Assembly: GCA_002796125.1 (NCBI GenBank)
Contig: PCWA01000109.1
Span: forward strand, 65,347 to 129,346
Reading direction: 5' to 3'
DNA: 64,000 nucleotides
Origin: Candidatus Ghiorseimicrobium undicola
Lineage (GTDB): Bacteria; Omnitrophota; Gorgyraeia; Ghiorseimicrobiales; Ghiorseimicrobiaceae
The notes beneath the pieces are model-generated. The model did not search any database, had not been told where the DNA came from, and worked only from the letters and a program-made list of their open reading frames with translations. The position numbers and the translations under genes were made by a program. The first letter of the stretch is position 1, and each line of letters opens with the position of its first letter. Below are positions 40,656-49,463 of this stretch, one piece after another.

Positions 40656-41897
40656 TTATTTATTATTCTGACTTTGTTCGCCGCCTATCTTGGTCCTTTT
40701 AGCAACCACCACTATGCCGGATTCAGAAACAAAGAACTTTTTCCTGTCTTCTTCTACATCATAACCGATAACAGCCCCTTGCGGGATATTAACATCTTTA
40801 TCTATAATCGCGCGCTTAATCTTGGCATACCTTGAAACATTTACCCCTTCCATTAAAATAGAATCATAAACCTCAGAAAAACTGTTTATTCTTACATTTG
40901 GAGAAAGTATAGAGCGCTCTACCCTACCGCCTGAAACAATACAGCCGTCGGAAATCAAAGAATCTAAAACCTCACCCTTTCGAGAGGCGTCTTCTGCTCC
41001 CGAAAAAACTGTCTTTACCGGAGGAAACTGTTCATGATAAGTTCTGATAGGCCAGCTCCTGTCATATAAATTGAAAACAGGTGAGACCTGTACTAAATCC
41101 ATATTGGCCTCATAATAGGCATCAATTGAGCCGATATCCCGCCAGTATTGCGGTTGATTAACATCATTTTTAAGATTATAAGCGCAGATTTTTCTCTTTT
41201 TATCAATCATCTGGGGAATAATATTCCTGCCAAAATCATGATGCGTATCTTTTGCGGCATCTTCTCCTAATTCCTGCTCCAGCACATCGGTATTAAACAG
41301 ATAAATCCCCATTGAAGCATAGACTTTATCGGATTTATTTTGGTTATTTTTATAATCAGCGGGCTTTTCCTTAAAACCGCGGATATTTTCATTTTTATCT
41401 ATATCCACAACGCCGAATTGCACGGCGGCATTCCTGTCTATTTCAACAACACCAACGGTCAAATCCGCGTTATGCTCCCTATGAAAATCTATCATCTTGC
41501 AATAATTCATCTTATAGATGTGGTCTCCGGCTAAAATTAATACCTCGTCAGGATTCTCCTGTTCTATAGAGTAAATATTCTGATATATAGCGTCTGCGGT
41601 GCCCTTATACCAATCGCTTCCTACTCTCTGCTGTGCGGGGATAACATCTATATACTCTCCTATTTCCGACTCGAAAATACTCCAGCCCATTCTAAGATGC
41701 CTGTGCAATGATATTGATTTGTACTGCGTCAGGACATGTATCTTGCGCATGCCGGAATTAATGCAATTAGACAGCGTAAAATCAATAACCCTGTATACGC
41801 CGCCAAAGGGAACTGCCGGTTTTGCCCTATCGCGTGTTAGAGGATAAAGACGCTCACCTTTACCACCGGCCAAAATAAAAACAATTACATCTCGCAT
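40656..41897 (-). CDS. glgC: Glucose-1-phosphate adenylyltransferase
   Basis: LAGGKGERL, RAKPAVPFGG, WYKGTADA, DFGRNIIP, YWRDIG. Confidence 0.97.
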   Translation of the reverse strand: MRDVIVFILAGGKGERLYPLTRDRAKPAVPFGGVYRVIDFTLSNCINSGMRKIHVLTQYKSISLHRHLRMGWSIFESEIGEYIDVIPAQQRVGSDWYKGTADAIYQNIYSIEQENPDEVLILAGDHIYKMNYCKMIDFHREHNADLTVGVVEIDRNAAVQFGVVDIDKNENIRGFKEKPADYKNNQNKSDKVYASMGIYLFNTDVLEQELGEDAAKDTHHDFGRNIIPQMIDKKRKICAYNLKNDVNQPQYWRDIGSIDAYYEANMDLVQVSPVFNLYDRSWPIRTYHEQFPPVKTVFSGAEDASRKGEVLDSLISDGCIVSGGRVERSILSPNVRINSFSEVYDSILMEGVNVSRYAKIKRAIIDKDVNIPQGAVIGYDVEEDRKKFFVSESGIVVVAKRTKIGGEQSQNNK

Positions 41898-41992
41898 AGT
41901 ATTATCCTCTTTCTAACCTGACTGCTTGCATATAGTTAAATAATAAATTCAGAATAATTGCCTATCTCTAACGGGCTTCATTATACTCAAAC

Positions 41993-42958
41993 TCAACGAA
42001 AATGGCAAGCAATAAAATGTCCGTTTTTCTTTAACTCTAAAGCGGGCTCGCGCTTACGGCAAACATCTTTACGGTAAGGGCACCTGGTATGAAAACGGCA
42101 TCCGCTTGGTATATTCAATAAAGATTCCGGTTCGCCCTTAAGAGATACTTTACGGCGCACGCCGGATAAAATAAGCGCCTCGGTATATGGATGAACATTT
42201 TTAAGGTTATCTTCGCTAAATATGCGCAAAGCCGGCGCCACCTCAGCCATCTTACCCAGATACATAACCGCGATCCTATCGCTAAAATTTTTTAGCACGT
42301 TTAGATTATGCGATATAAACAGGCAACTTATCTGCAATTCATCTTTTAACTTAAGCAATAAATCCAGAATCTGCTTTTGGATGAGTACATCCAAAGATGA
42401 AACCGCCTCATCCAGAATCAACATCTTCGGGTTGGTAGATATGGCACGGGCAATAGCTATCCTTTGGCGTTCTCCGCCTGAGAATTCATAAGGAAACCTG
42501 TCTATTGCGTCCCGGCCTAAACCCACCTGATCAAGTAAACCAACTGCCCTGTCTTCAAATTCAGAGGTTTCGTATTTTTCCAGCGCATACAGCGCTTCCT
42601 TTAAAATCTCCCTTACCCTGAATTTAGGGTCAAGACTGTTGAAAGGGTCCTGAAAAACAACCTGCAGGCCTTTTCGTATCTGCCGTAATTCCTTCTTGTT
42701 AGCCGCGCACAAATTCCTACCGTTAAAATATATGCTTCCGCTGTCTTCCTTAATCAGCCTTAAAATTATACGGCTTAGGGTCGTCTTGCCGCAGCCGGAC
42801 TCCCCAACCAAGCCAAGCGTCTGACGCTGGCCAATGGATAAATCTACACCATCAACAGCTTTGACATTAGCCACTGTTTTATAAAACAGGCCTTTTTTAA
42901 TGGGAAAATATTTTTTAACCTCTTTTAATTGCAATAAATTTTCTGACATATCAATCAT
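41993..42958 (-). CDS. Peptide ABC transporter ATP-binding protein (OppF/DppF-like)
   Basis: GESGCGKT, FSGGERQR, C-terminal GCRFHTRCP. Confidence 0.92.
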   Translation of the reverse strand: MIDMSENLLQLKEVKKYFPIKKGLFYKTVANVKAVDGVDLSIGQRQTLGLVGESGCGKTTLSRIILRLIKEDSGSIYFNGRNLCAANKKELRQIRKGLQVVFQDPFNSLDPKFRVREILKEALYALEKYETSEFEDRAVGLLDQVGLGRDAIDRFPYEFSGGERQRIAIARAISTNPKMLILDEAVSSLDVLIQKQILDLLLKLKDELQISCLFISHNLNVLKNFSDRIAVMYLGKMAEVAPALRIFSEDNLKNVHPYTEALILSGVRRKVSLKGEPESLLNIPSGCRFHTRCPYRKDVCRKREPALELKKNGHFIACHFR

Positions 42959-43752
42959 TGGTAATCTGCCGCTTTTATAAGGAGCTTGGTATAATCTTCC
43001 TTAGGGCGGCGCAAGATAATCTGCGTAATGTTTTCTTCTATAACGCGGCCTTTATGCATTACGTTTATCTTGGTCGCGATATCTTCGACTGCCCGTAAAT
43101 CATGAGTTATTAATAAAATAGATACCCCCAGCTCTTCTTTTAACTTTTTAAATAAGTCTATGATTTGTACCTGAAGCGTAACATCCAAATTACTAGTCGG
43201 CTCATCGGCAATGATAAGCTTTGGATTAAGGGCAATGCTCATGGCAATAACGATTCTCTGGCGCATTCCTCCGCTTAGCTGATGCGGGTAATATTTAATA
43301 ACCTCTTTGGCGCCCGCTATACCCACAAGCTTTAATAGCTCAACCATCTTTCCATAAATTTTCTCTTTGCCCAGGTCAGAGTGATACCTGAAAACCTCAT
43401 ACATCTGGTAGCCGATGGTAAATACGGGATTAAGCGCGCTCAGCGGCTCCTGAAAAATTATGGAAATTTCCTCTCCTCTTATTTTCGCCATATATTCCGG
43501 CCGCGCCTTCACCAAATCCCTGCCTTTATATAAAACTTCTCCTTTTTCAATTCGCGCATTTGAGCCCAAAAGCATTAATATTGACAGGGCCGCGCTTGAT
43601 TTACCACAACCTGAGGCGCCGACCAATGCCACAACTTCATCTTCTAAAAGTGTCAAATTAAACCCTTCCAATATGGTATTTTTACCATTTTCGGAATAAT
43701 AGCTTAGTTTTAAATCTTTAATCTCTAACAATGTCTCTTTTGTTTTTCTCAT
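42955..43752 (-). CDS. Peptide ABC transporter ATP-binding protein (OppD/DppD-like)
   Basis: GASGCGKS, YPHQLSGGMRQR, ADEPT. Confidence 0.92.
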   Translation of the reverse strand: MRKTKETLLEIKDLKLSYYSENGKNTILEGFNLTLLEDEVVALVGASGCGKSSAALSILMLLGSNARIEKGEVLYKGRDLVKARPEYMAKIRGEEISIIFQEPLSALNPVFTIGYQMYEVFRYHSDLGKEKIYGKMVELLKLVGIAGAKEVIKYYPHQLSGGMRQRIVIAMSIALNPKLIIADEPTSNLDVTLQVQIIDLFKKLKEELGVSILLITHDLRAVEDIATKINVMHKGRVIEENITQIILRRPKEDYTKLLIKAADYQ

Positions 43753-43753
43753 C

Positions 43754-43970
43754 TAATGAGCCCACAACTTACGGAGGCAAAGCCGACGTAAGTTGTATGG
43801 GCGAATTATTCCGATGGCTGCAAGTAGATTTCGCAGAAATCTACGCAGTGTTTAGCCATCGGGAAATGAGCGCATCCGCCTACGGCGAAATCTGCGCGAA
43901 TTATCCCGAAGCCTATCGGGGAAATCTCGAAGAGATTTACCCGATGCTTAGGCGAGGGGAATGAGCCATT
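43754..43970 (+). repeat. Tandem A-B'-A-B palindrome mosaic
   Basis: A 43754-43808, B' 43809-43864, A 43865-43902, B 43903-43960, then an AATGAGCCATT remnant. Confidence 0.9.
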
Positions 43971-45048
43971 ATTTTTTAAATAAAGGATCAAGGGCGTCCC
44001 TTAAACCATCGGCCAAAAGGTTAAACGCCATAACTACGGCAAAAATAAACAAACCCGGCAAAAGCACCCAGGGATAAAACCTGATTTGCACGATATTCAT
44101 CGCCTCAGATAACATATTACCCCAGCTGGGCATAGGATCCTGTATGCCCAGCCCTAAAAGGCTTAAAGCCGTCTCACCTAAAATATAAGCCGGAATAGCC
44201 AATGCGGCATTTATTATCGCATAAGAGGAGCAATGGGGAAGAATATGACGCAGAATTATCTTTATATCAGAAACACCTAAAGTTTTTGCCGCAAGCACAT
44301 ATTCCCTCTCTCTCAATGAAAGGCTCATGCCGCGTATAACGCGCGCCAGGCCCGGCCAACCCACAAAAGAAAGAATAAAAACAACCATCAAATACACGTG
44401 AGCAGAGCTTAGGCCGGGAGGAAATGCCGCTCGCAAAGAAAGCATAAGATAAAAAGTAGGAATCATCATGACCATCTCGGTAAGGCGCATTAAAAAATTA
44501 TCCAAGCCTCCGCCGTAAAAACCGGATATTCCGCCGATAATCAAACCGATAAGAAAAGAAATAGATACACCAATCAAGCCTATGGTCAGTGAAATCCGCG
44601 AGCCGTAAATAAGGCGCGAAAAAATATCCCTGCCCCTGGAGTCCGCGCCCCAAAGATAAATTCTTGCCGGTTTATCTACTCCGAGCAAACACCTGTCGAA
44701 TCCAAACAAAAATAAAAATTTGTATTTTTCACGTTTGGCAAAAAACTTCAACGGGTATATTTTTTCCTTATCCTCCCTATAAACTCTCCTCCTGTATTCA
44801 TCAAGCTCTATTGTCTTTGCGTATATAAACGGTGGCCGCAATTTTCCCGCATCGTCAAAGAAATGTACGCGCGACGGAGGGGCATAAGAAAAAAGCCTTT
44901 CTTCATCATCATAGGCGTAAGGGACAATGAAATCCGTAAAAATTGCCGCCGCATATAAAACCAATAAAATAAACAGGCTTATCATGCTGGCACGGCTTCT
45001 CTTTAAATGTGATAAGGCAAGCCGGAATTGGCTCCTGGATTTACGCAT
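43969..45048 (-). CDS. Peptide ABC transporter permease (OppC/DppC-like)
   Basis: GADSRGRDIFSRLIYGSRISL, EYVLAAKTLG, PSWGNML. Confidence 0.92.
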   Translation of the reverse strand: MRKSRSQFRLALSHLKRSRASMISLFILLVLYAAAIFTDFIVPYAYDDEERLFSYAPPSRVHFFDDAGKLRPPFIYAKTIELDEYRRRVYREDKEKIYPLKFFAKREKYKFLFLFGFDRCLLGVDKPARIYLWGADSRGRDIFSRLIYGSRISLTIGLIGVSISFLIGLIIGGISGFYGGGLDNFLMRLTEMVMMIPTFYLMLSLRAAFPPGLSSAHVYLMVVFILSFVGWPGLARVIRGMSLSLREREYVLAAKTLGVSDIKIILRHILPHCSSYAIINAALAIPAYILGETALSLLGLGIQDPMPSWGNMLSEAMNIVQIRFYPWVLLPGLFIFAVVMAFNLLADGLRDALDPLFKK

Positions 45049-46006
45049 GCCGGATCCTTGGGTCTACTTTTGCCAGAATTATATCGGCTAATAAATTCCC
45101 GAATAATAAGAGCGCGCTCGACATAAGAAAACTTCCCATAACCAGATAATTATCTCCGCTTCTTACGGCGGTAAACATTACAGAGCCTAATCCGGGCCAA
45201 GCGCAGATAATTTCAATAAGGGCCGCTCCGCTAAGCAGGCCGGAAAAGTTATAGCCGAATATCGTGACCAGAGGGTTTACGGCATTGCGCAAAGCATGAT
45301 GATAAACAACCCTGCCTTCCGGAAGCCCCTTGGCCCGGGCAAAGGTAATGTACTGCTGGCGCAGGACATCCAGCAGGTTAGCGCGGGTAATACGCTGCAG
45401 GCCCGCGATGCCGCCTACAGAAATAACAACCGTGGGGATTATTAAATGCCGCGCGATATCCCATGTTTTTCGCATAAAATTTAAAGAATCGAAATTCGCC
45501 GAACGCATCCCCCCTAACGGCAGAAAGTTGCCAAGGCTTGCCAAATTCAATAACAACAACGCCAGAAAAAAACTGGGAATGGAAATACCTATAAATGAAA
45601 CAAAGGAAACAGCCCTGTCTTTTAAGCTTCCATAATGAACAGCGCTATATATACCCAAAGGAATCGCGATAAGCCAGCTAAAGATAAGGCTGCTTAAGGA
45701 AAGAATAAAAGTATTAAACAACCTTCTCATGATTATGGTGCGAACCGGGGCATTATAAAAAAATGAATAACCGAAATCGAACCTAAGCAGATTCTTAAGC
45801 CAATACAAATACTGCATGAATACGGGCTTATCCAGCCCGTAAAGCGCCTCATATTTGGCTATTGTCGCCGCCGACACCTGCGGGTCCATTTTCATCGTAT
45901 CAAAATAATTACCGGAAGCCATATTTATAATAAAAAAGGTAACCAGCGACATGCCGATAATCAACGGCACGGCTATCAATATTCTTCGAATTATATAAGT
46001 AAACAT
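45041..46006 (-). CDS. Peptide ABC transporter permease (OppB/DppB-like)
   Basis: YGLDKP..QY, DFGYSF, YITFARAKGL, VDPRI. Confidence 0.92.
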   Translation of the reverse strand: MFTYIIRRILIAVPLIIGMSLVTFFIINMASGNYFDTMKMDPQVSAATIAKYEALYGLDKPVFMQYLYWLKNLLRFDFGYSFFYNAPVRTIIMRRLFNTFILSLSSLIFSWLIAIPLGIYSAVHYGSLKDRAVSFVSFIGISIPSFFLALLLLNLASLGNFLPLGGMRSANFDSLNFMRKTWDIARHLIIPTVVISVGGIAGLQRITRANLLDVLRQQYITFARAKGLPEGRVVYHHALRNAVNPLVTIFGYNFSGLLSGAALIEIICAWPGLGSVMFTAVRSGDNYLVMGSFLMSSALLLFGNLLADIILAKVDPRIRHA

Positions 46007-46012
46007 AATTGG

Positions 46013-46130
46013 CAATGTAAAATTAAAAATACAGAATTTAAAATCATAATTAAAAATTTAAAAATGAATTAAAACTTTTAATTTACAATTATAATTTTTC
46101 AATTTTCATTTTTAACTTTTAATTTTTAAT
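46013..46130. repeat. AT-rich inverted heptamer array, (AAATNNA)n facing (TNNAATT)n, no enclosed gene
   Basis: caatgta aaattaa aaataca gaattta aaatcat ... tttcaat tttcatt tttaact tttaatt. Confidence 0.7.
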
Positions 46131-47864
46131 GTATATTTCTTCCAAATTATGAAAAGCCCCTCCGAAACTTGAGAGTTTTAAATTACCGAATTTATTGCGC
46201 ACGGCAAACATGGAGTCTGACAATACGGTATAAATTAAAGGCAGTTCTTTTGAGACAATCACCTGCCATTCATCATAGAGCGATTTTCGGTTCTTTTCAT
46301 CCAATTCCTGAACCGCTAAATCGAAGATTTCATCAATGCGCCTCTCCCATGATGTTTGAGGGCTAAGCTGCTCAGGATTCCACATATGAAGGCGGCCGCT
46401 GGATGCCCAAACATTCCTGCCGAAATGCGGCTCAATGCCTCCAGTTAAGCCGATAATCATGGCATCCCAGTCAAAGGTAGAAGTAAGCCGCTGGACAAGA
46501 TTATTGAATTCCAAAGGTAAAAAATTAACCTTTATGCCGATACGGGATAAATCATTGCTGATAATAGCGGCCATCTGTATTCTCTGATTATCCTGCGCGC
46601 TGGTATAAAGGCTAAATTCTATATCCTTGCCATTTTCATCTTCCAGCAAACCATCGCCGTCAATATCCTTATATCCTGATTCATCCAAAATATCACGCGC
46701 CTTATCTAAATCATAATCATAGGCCTCAACATCGGGATTATAGAAAAATCCTGCCGATGGGCTCATAGCTGAATCCTGCGCGATACCAAATCCATTCATC
46801 AGGATTTGAATAATCATTTCCTTGTCTATGGAATGGGCTATTGCTTTTCTAAAATTTACATCTTTAAACCATCCCAATTTATTGGCGTTAATATAGGGTT
46901 TGTTGGACCGCGGATTTAGGCCGCTGTTTTGATTAAATACTATAAAATTACTGCCAAACGCGGGGCCGGTATTGTAAATAGTAAAATCCCTTTCCTTCTC
47001 TTTCGGCTTGAGCAGTGGGTAATCCGTCCCCCTCAACGAATAATAATCAATTTCTCCATCTAGAAATTTCAACAAGGCCGTGTCCTGATTACCCAATATA
47101 ATAAAAATTATTTTTTCCATATAGGGAAGGTTATTTCCGTTTTTGTCCCGCCTATAATAATCCGGGTTCCTCCTTAAAACTATCCGCTCGCCGGGGATAT
47201 ATTGCGAAAGCATGAAAGGGCCTGTCCCGATAATCTCTGAAGGTTTGGAATCCGCCCCCCAGGTAAAATTAAATTTTCCGTTTTCAACAGACGATTCTAA
47301 AATATGTTTGGGCAGGATTTCTGTAGACATCGCCCTTAAAAAAGGCGCGAATTTCTTAGGCAGTATAAATCGCACATGAAATTCATCTATCTTTTGAACC
47401 TTGACAGGCTGGCCTTCTATGCTGAAGATATCCCTGGCAGAATTTGGTATATCATCATTATAGATAAGTTTATTAAAGGTAAAAATTACGTCATCGGCGC
47501 TGAATCTTTCGCCGTCAAACCATACAACATCCCTGCGTAATTTAAAATCCCAGACAAGGCCGCTCTTATCTACGCTCCAGCTTAATGCTAAAGCCGGCTC
47601 AACGGCAAGGGTCAAACCATTGGTCCTGGTCAGGCCTTCAAATATAATCTGTGTGATGGATGTAGTGGATGTTTCTTTGGCAAGGATAGGATTAAAAGAC
47701 CGGGGATCGGATGTCGCAGCCAGAATAAGTTCTCCGCCATATTTTGTATCAGCTGAAAATCCGGGCCTAAAACCGCAAAAAAAAGCCAAGAAAAAAATAA
47801 GTGCCGGGAATAAACGGGATAAATTGCTGTCTTTATTATTTTGCCGCAGGCTGAACCTCAACAT
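46119..47864 (-). CDS. Peptide ABC transporter substrate-binding protein (family 5)
   Basis: DPRSFNP, IFEGL, FSADDVIFTF, GTGPF; start uncertain (overlaps secG end). Confidence 0.9.
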   Translation of the reverse strand: MLRFSLRQNNKDSNLSRLFPALIFFLAFFCGFRPGFSADTKYGGELILAATSDPRSFNPILAKETSTTSITQIIFEGLTRTNGLTLAVEPALALSWSVDKSGLVWDFKLRRDVVWFDGERFSADDVIFTFNKLIYNDDIPNSARDIFSIEGQPVKVQKIDEFHVRFILPKKFAPFLRAMSTEILPKHILESSVENGKFNFTWGADSKPSEIIGTGPFMLSQYIPGERIVLRRNPDYYRRDKNGNNLPYMEKIIFIILGNQDTALLKFLDGEIDYYSLRGTDYPLLKPKEKERDFTIYNTGPAFGSNFIVFNQNSGLNPRSNKPYINANKLGWFKDVNFRKAIAHSIDKEMIIQILMNGFGIAQDSAMSPSAGFFYNPDVEAYDYDLDKARDILDESGYKDIDGDGLLEDENGKDIEFSLYTSAQDNQRIQMAAIISNDLSRIGIKVNFLPLEFNNLVQRLTSTFDWDAMIIGLTGGIEPHFGRNVWASSGRLHMWNPEQLSPQTSWERRIDEIFDLAVQELDEKNRKSLYDEWQVIVSKELPLIYTVLSDSMFAVRNKFGNLKLSSFGGAFHNLEEIYIKN

Positions 47865-48243
47865 TAATCTCTTCGCCTTCTTTTGCTGATGGCACAACGC
47901 CTAATTCTTTATTAGCCTCCTGTGAAACAGAACTATCAACAGTATTCTTGGGCTGACTTTCAGCCATGCCTTCCTGTAACTGCTTTATCGCGGCAGGAAC
48001 CTGGTCCATTAAAGATCGGCCGCGTTTTGCGGATATAAAATAAAGCGATAAACAGGTGGCAAAAAAGATAATCGCTAAAGACGTGGTTGTCTTGGCAAGG
48101 AAAGCGTTGCTTTTTGTCCCAAATATGGATTCAGCTGAAGAAAAAGATTCTAGAAAACCGCCGCCCCTGCCTGATTGAATTAATACAATAGATATGAGCA
48201 AAATACATACTATCACATGGACAGTTATCAAAAAAGCGTACAT
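47836..48243 (-). CDS. secG: Preprotein translocase subunit SecG
   Basis: VLIQSGRGGG, FLAKTT; follows tpiA. Confidence 0.92.
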   Translation of the reverse strand: MYAFLITVHVIVCILLISIVLIQSGRGGGFLESFSSAESIFGTKSNAFLAKTTTSLAIIFFATCLSLYFISAKRGRSLMDQVPAAIKQLQEGMAESQPKNTVDSSVSQEANKELGVVPSAKEGEEINVEVQPAAK

Positions 48244-48255
48244 TTTATTTTCCTT

Positions 48256-48441
48256 TCAATGAGCACATCCGCCTACGGCGAGATAAGTGCGAATTGATCT
48301 CCTTGCTTAAACAAGGGGTAAATTCTCTTCGAGAATTTCCCCCTTAAGCTTCGGAGTAGGTTAGAACTTATTAAGCTTAAACCTACCCGCAGCCTATCGG
48401 GGAAATTTCGAAGAAATTTACCCGATGCTTAGGCAAGGGAT
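48256..48441 (+). repeat. Module A + inverted-B / spacer hairpin / B (REPIN-like doublet)
   Basis: A 48256-48297; 48297-48356 is a degenerate reverse complement of B; forward B 48386-48441. Confidence 0.9.
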
Positions 48442-48443
48442 AA

Positions 48444-49202
48444 TTATTCTATTGATTTTTTTATTATTTCAGAAAATGATTCTAGTTTTAAACTGGCCCC
48501 TCCTACCAGGGCGCCATCTATATCCTCTTGCTCCATTAGCTCTCTTATATTATCAGGCTTAACCGATCCTCCGTACTGTATACGCGCCTTATCAGACAAT
48601 TCTCTATCATAAAGTTCTGCCAATTTCTGCCTAATAAAATAATGGACTTCCTGAGCCTGCTGCGGCGTTGCGGTCTTTCCTGTGCCAATAGCCCACACCG
48701 GCTCATACGCAATAACCATTTTTTCTACATCCTCTTTTTCCAAACCCAAAAGGCCAAGTTTTATATGCTCTTCCACAACATTAAACGTTTTGGCCGATTC
48801 CCGTTCTGATAAATTTTCCCCCACGCACATAATCGGTATCAAGCCCTCTTTCAATACGGCTTTTACTCTTTTATTAACAGTTTCATTGGTTTCTCCGAAA
48901 AACTGCCTTCTTTCGGAATGCCCTATTATAACATATTTTACGCCTAATTCTTTTAGCTGCAGGAGAGAAACTTCTCCGGTAAAAGCCCCCTCCAATTCCC
49001 AGTGGGCATTTTGGGCGCCTAAAGCAATATCGCAATCCGAAATAGCATCAGCTACTTCATCTAAAAGCGTAAAACTCGGGACTATCACAATGTCCGCCGC
49101 TTTAAAGCCGTAAAACTCACGCTTTAGACCGTTAGCAAGCTCAAGCGCCTGCGCTATTGTCTTATACATTTTCCAATTTCCCGCGATAATAGGTTTTCTC
49201 AT
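48444..49202 (-). CDS. tpiA: Triosephosphate isomerase
   Basis: AGNWKM, GHSERR, AYEPVWAIGTG, YGGSV, LVGGASL. Confidence 0.99.
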   Translation of the reverse strand: MRKPIIAGNWKMYKTIAQALELANGLKREFYGFKAADIVIVPSFTLLDEVADAISDCDIALGAQNAHWELEGAFTGEVSLLQLKELGVKYVIIGHSERRQFFGETNETVNKRVKAVLKEGLIPIMCVGENLSERESAKTFNVVEEHIKLGLLGLEKEDVEKMVIAYEPVWAIGTGKTATPQQAQEVHYFIRQKLAELYDRELSDKARIQYGGSVKPDNIRELMEQEDIDGALVGGASLKLESFSEIIKKSIE

Positions 49203-49203
49203 G

Positions 49204-49451
49204 TTAATGAGCGCGTAACTTACGGAGTTCGAAGAACGACGTAAGTTATCTGCGCGAATTAATCTCCTTGCTTAAACAAGGGGTAAATTCTCTTCGAGAA
49301 TTTCCCCCTTAAGCTTCGGAGTAGGTTAGAACTTATTAAGCTTAAACCTACCCACAGCCTGCCCACAAGGGCGGGCCATCCTAATACCTTTAAAGGATGG
49401 GCCCTATCGGGTAAATATCGTAGAGATTTACCCGATGTTTAGGCGAGGGAT
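49204..49451 (+). repeat. Module A + inverted-B / spacer / B with a nested 45-bp insertion
   Basis: 49262-49353 identical to 48297-48388; extra 49361-49405 inside the forward B. Confidence 0.9.
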
Positions 49452-49463
49452 AATGGCCATATT

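Noticed and set aside
43731-43991. ORFs 43731..43964 (+) and 43806..43991 (-)
   Set aside because: They run across the palindrome mosaic, have no SD or recognisable domain, and are likely by-products of the repeats.
43754-49451. CRISPR interpretation of the repeat clusters
   Set aside because: There is no constant repeat with unique equal-length spacers and no cas genes; the modules are nested hairpins.
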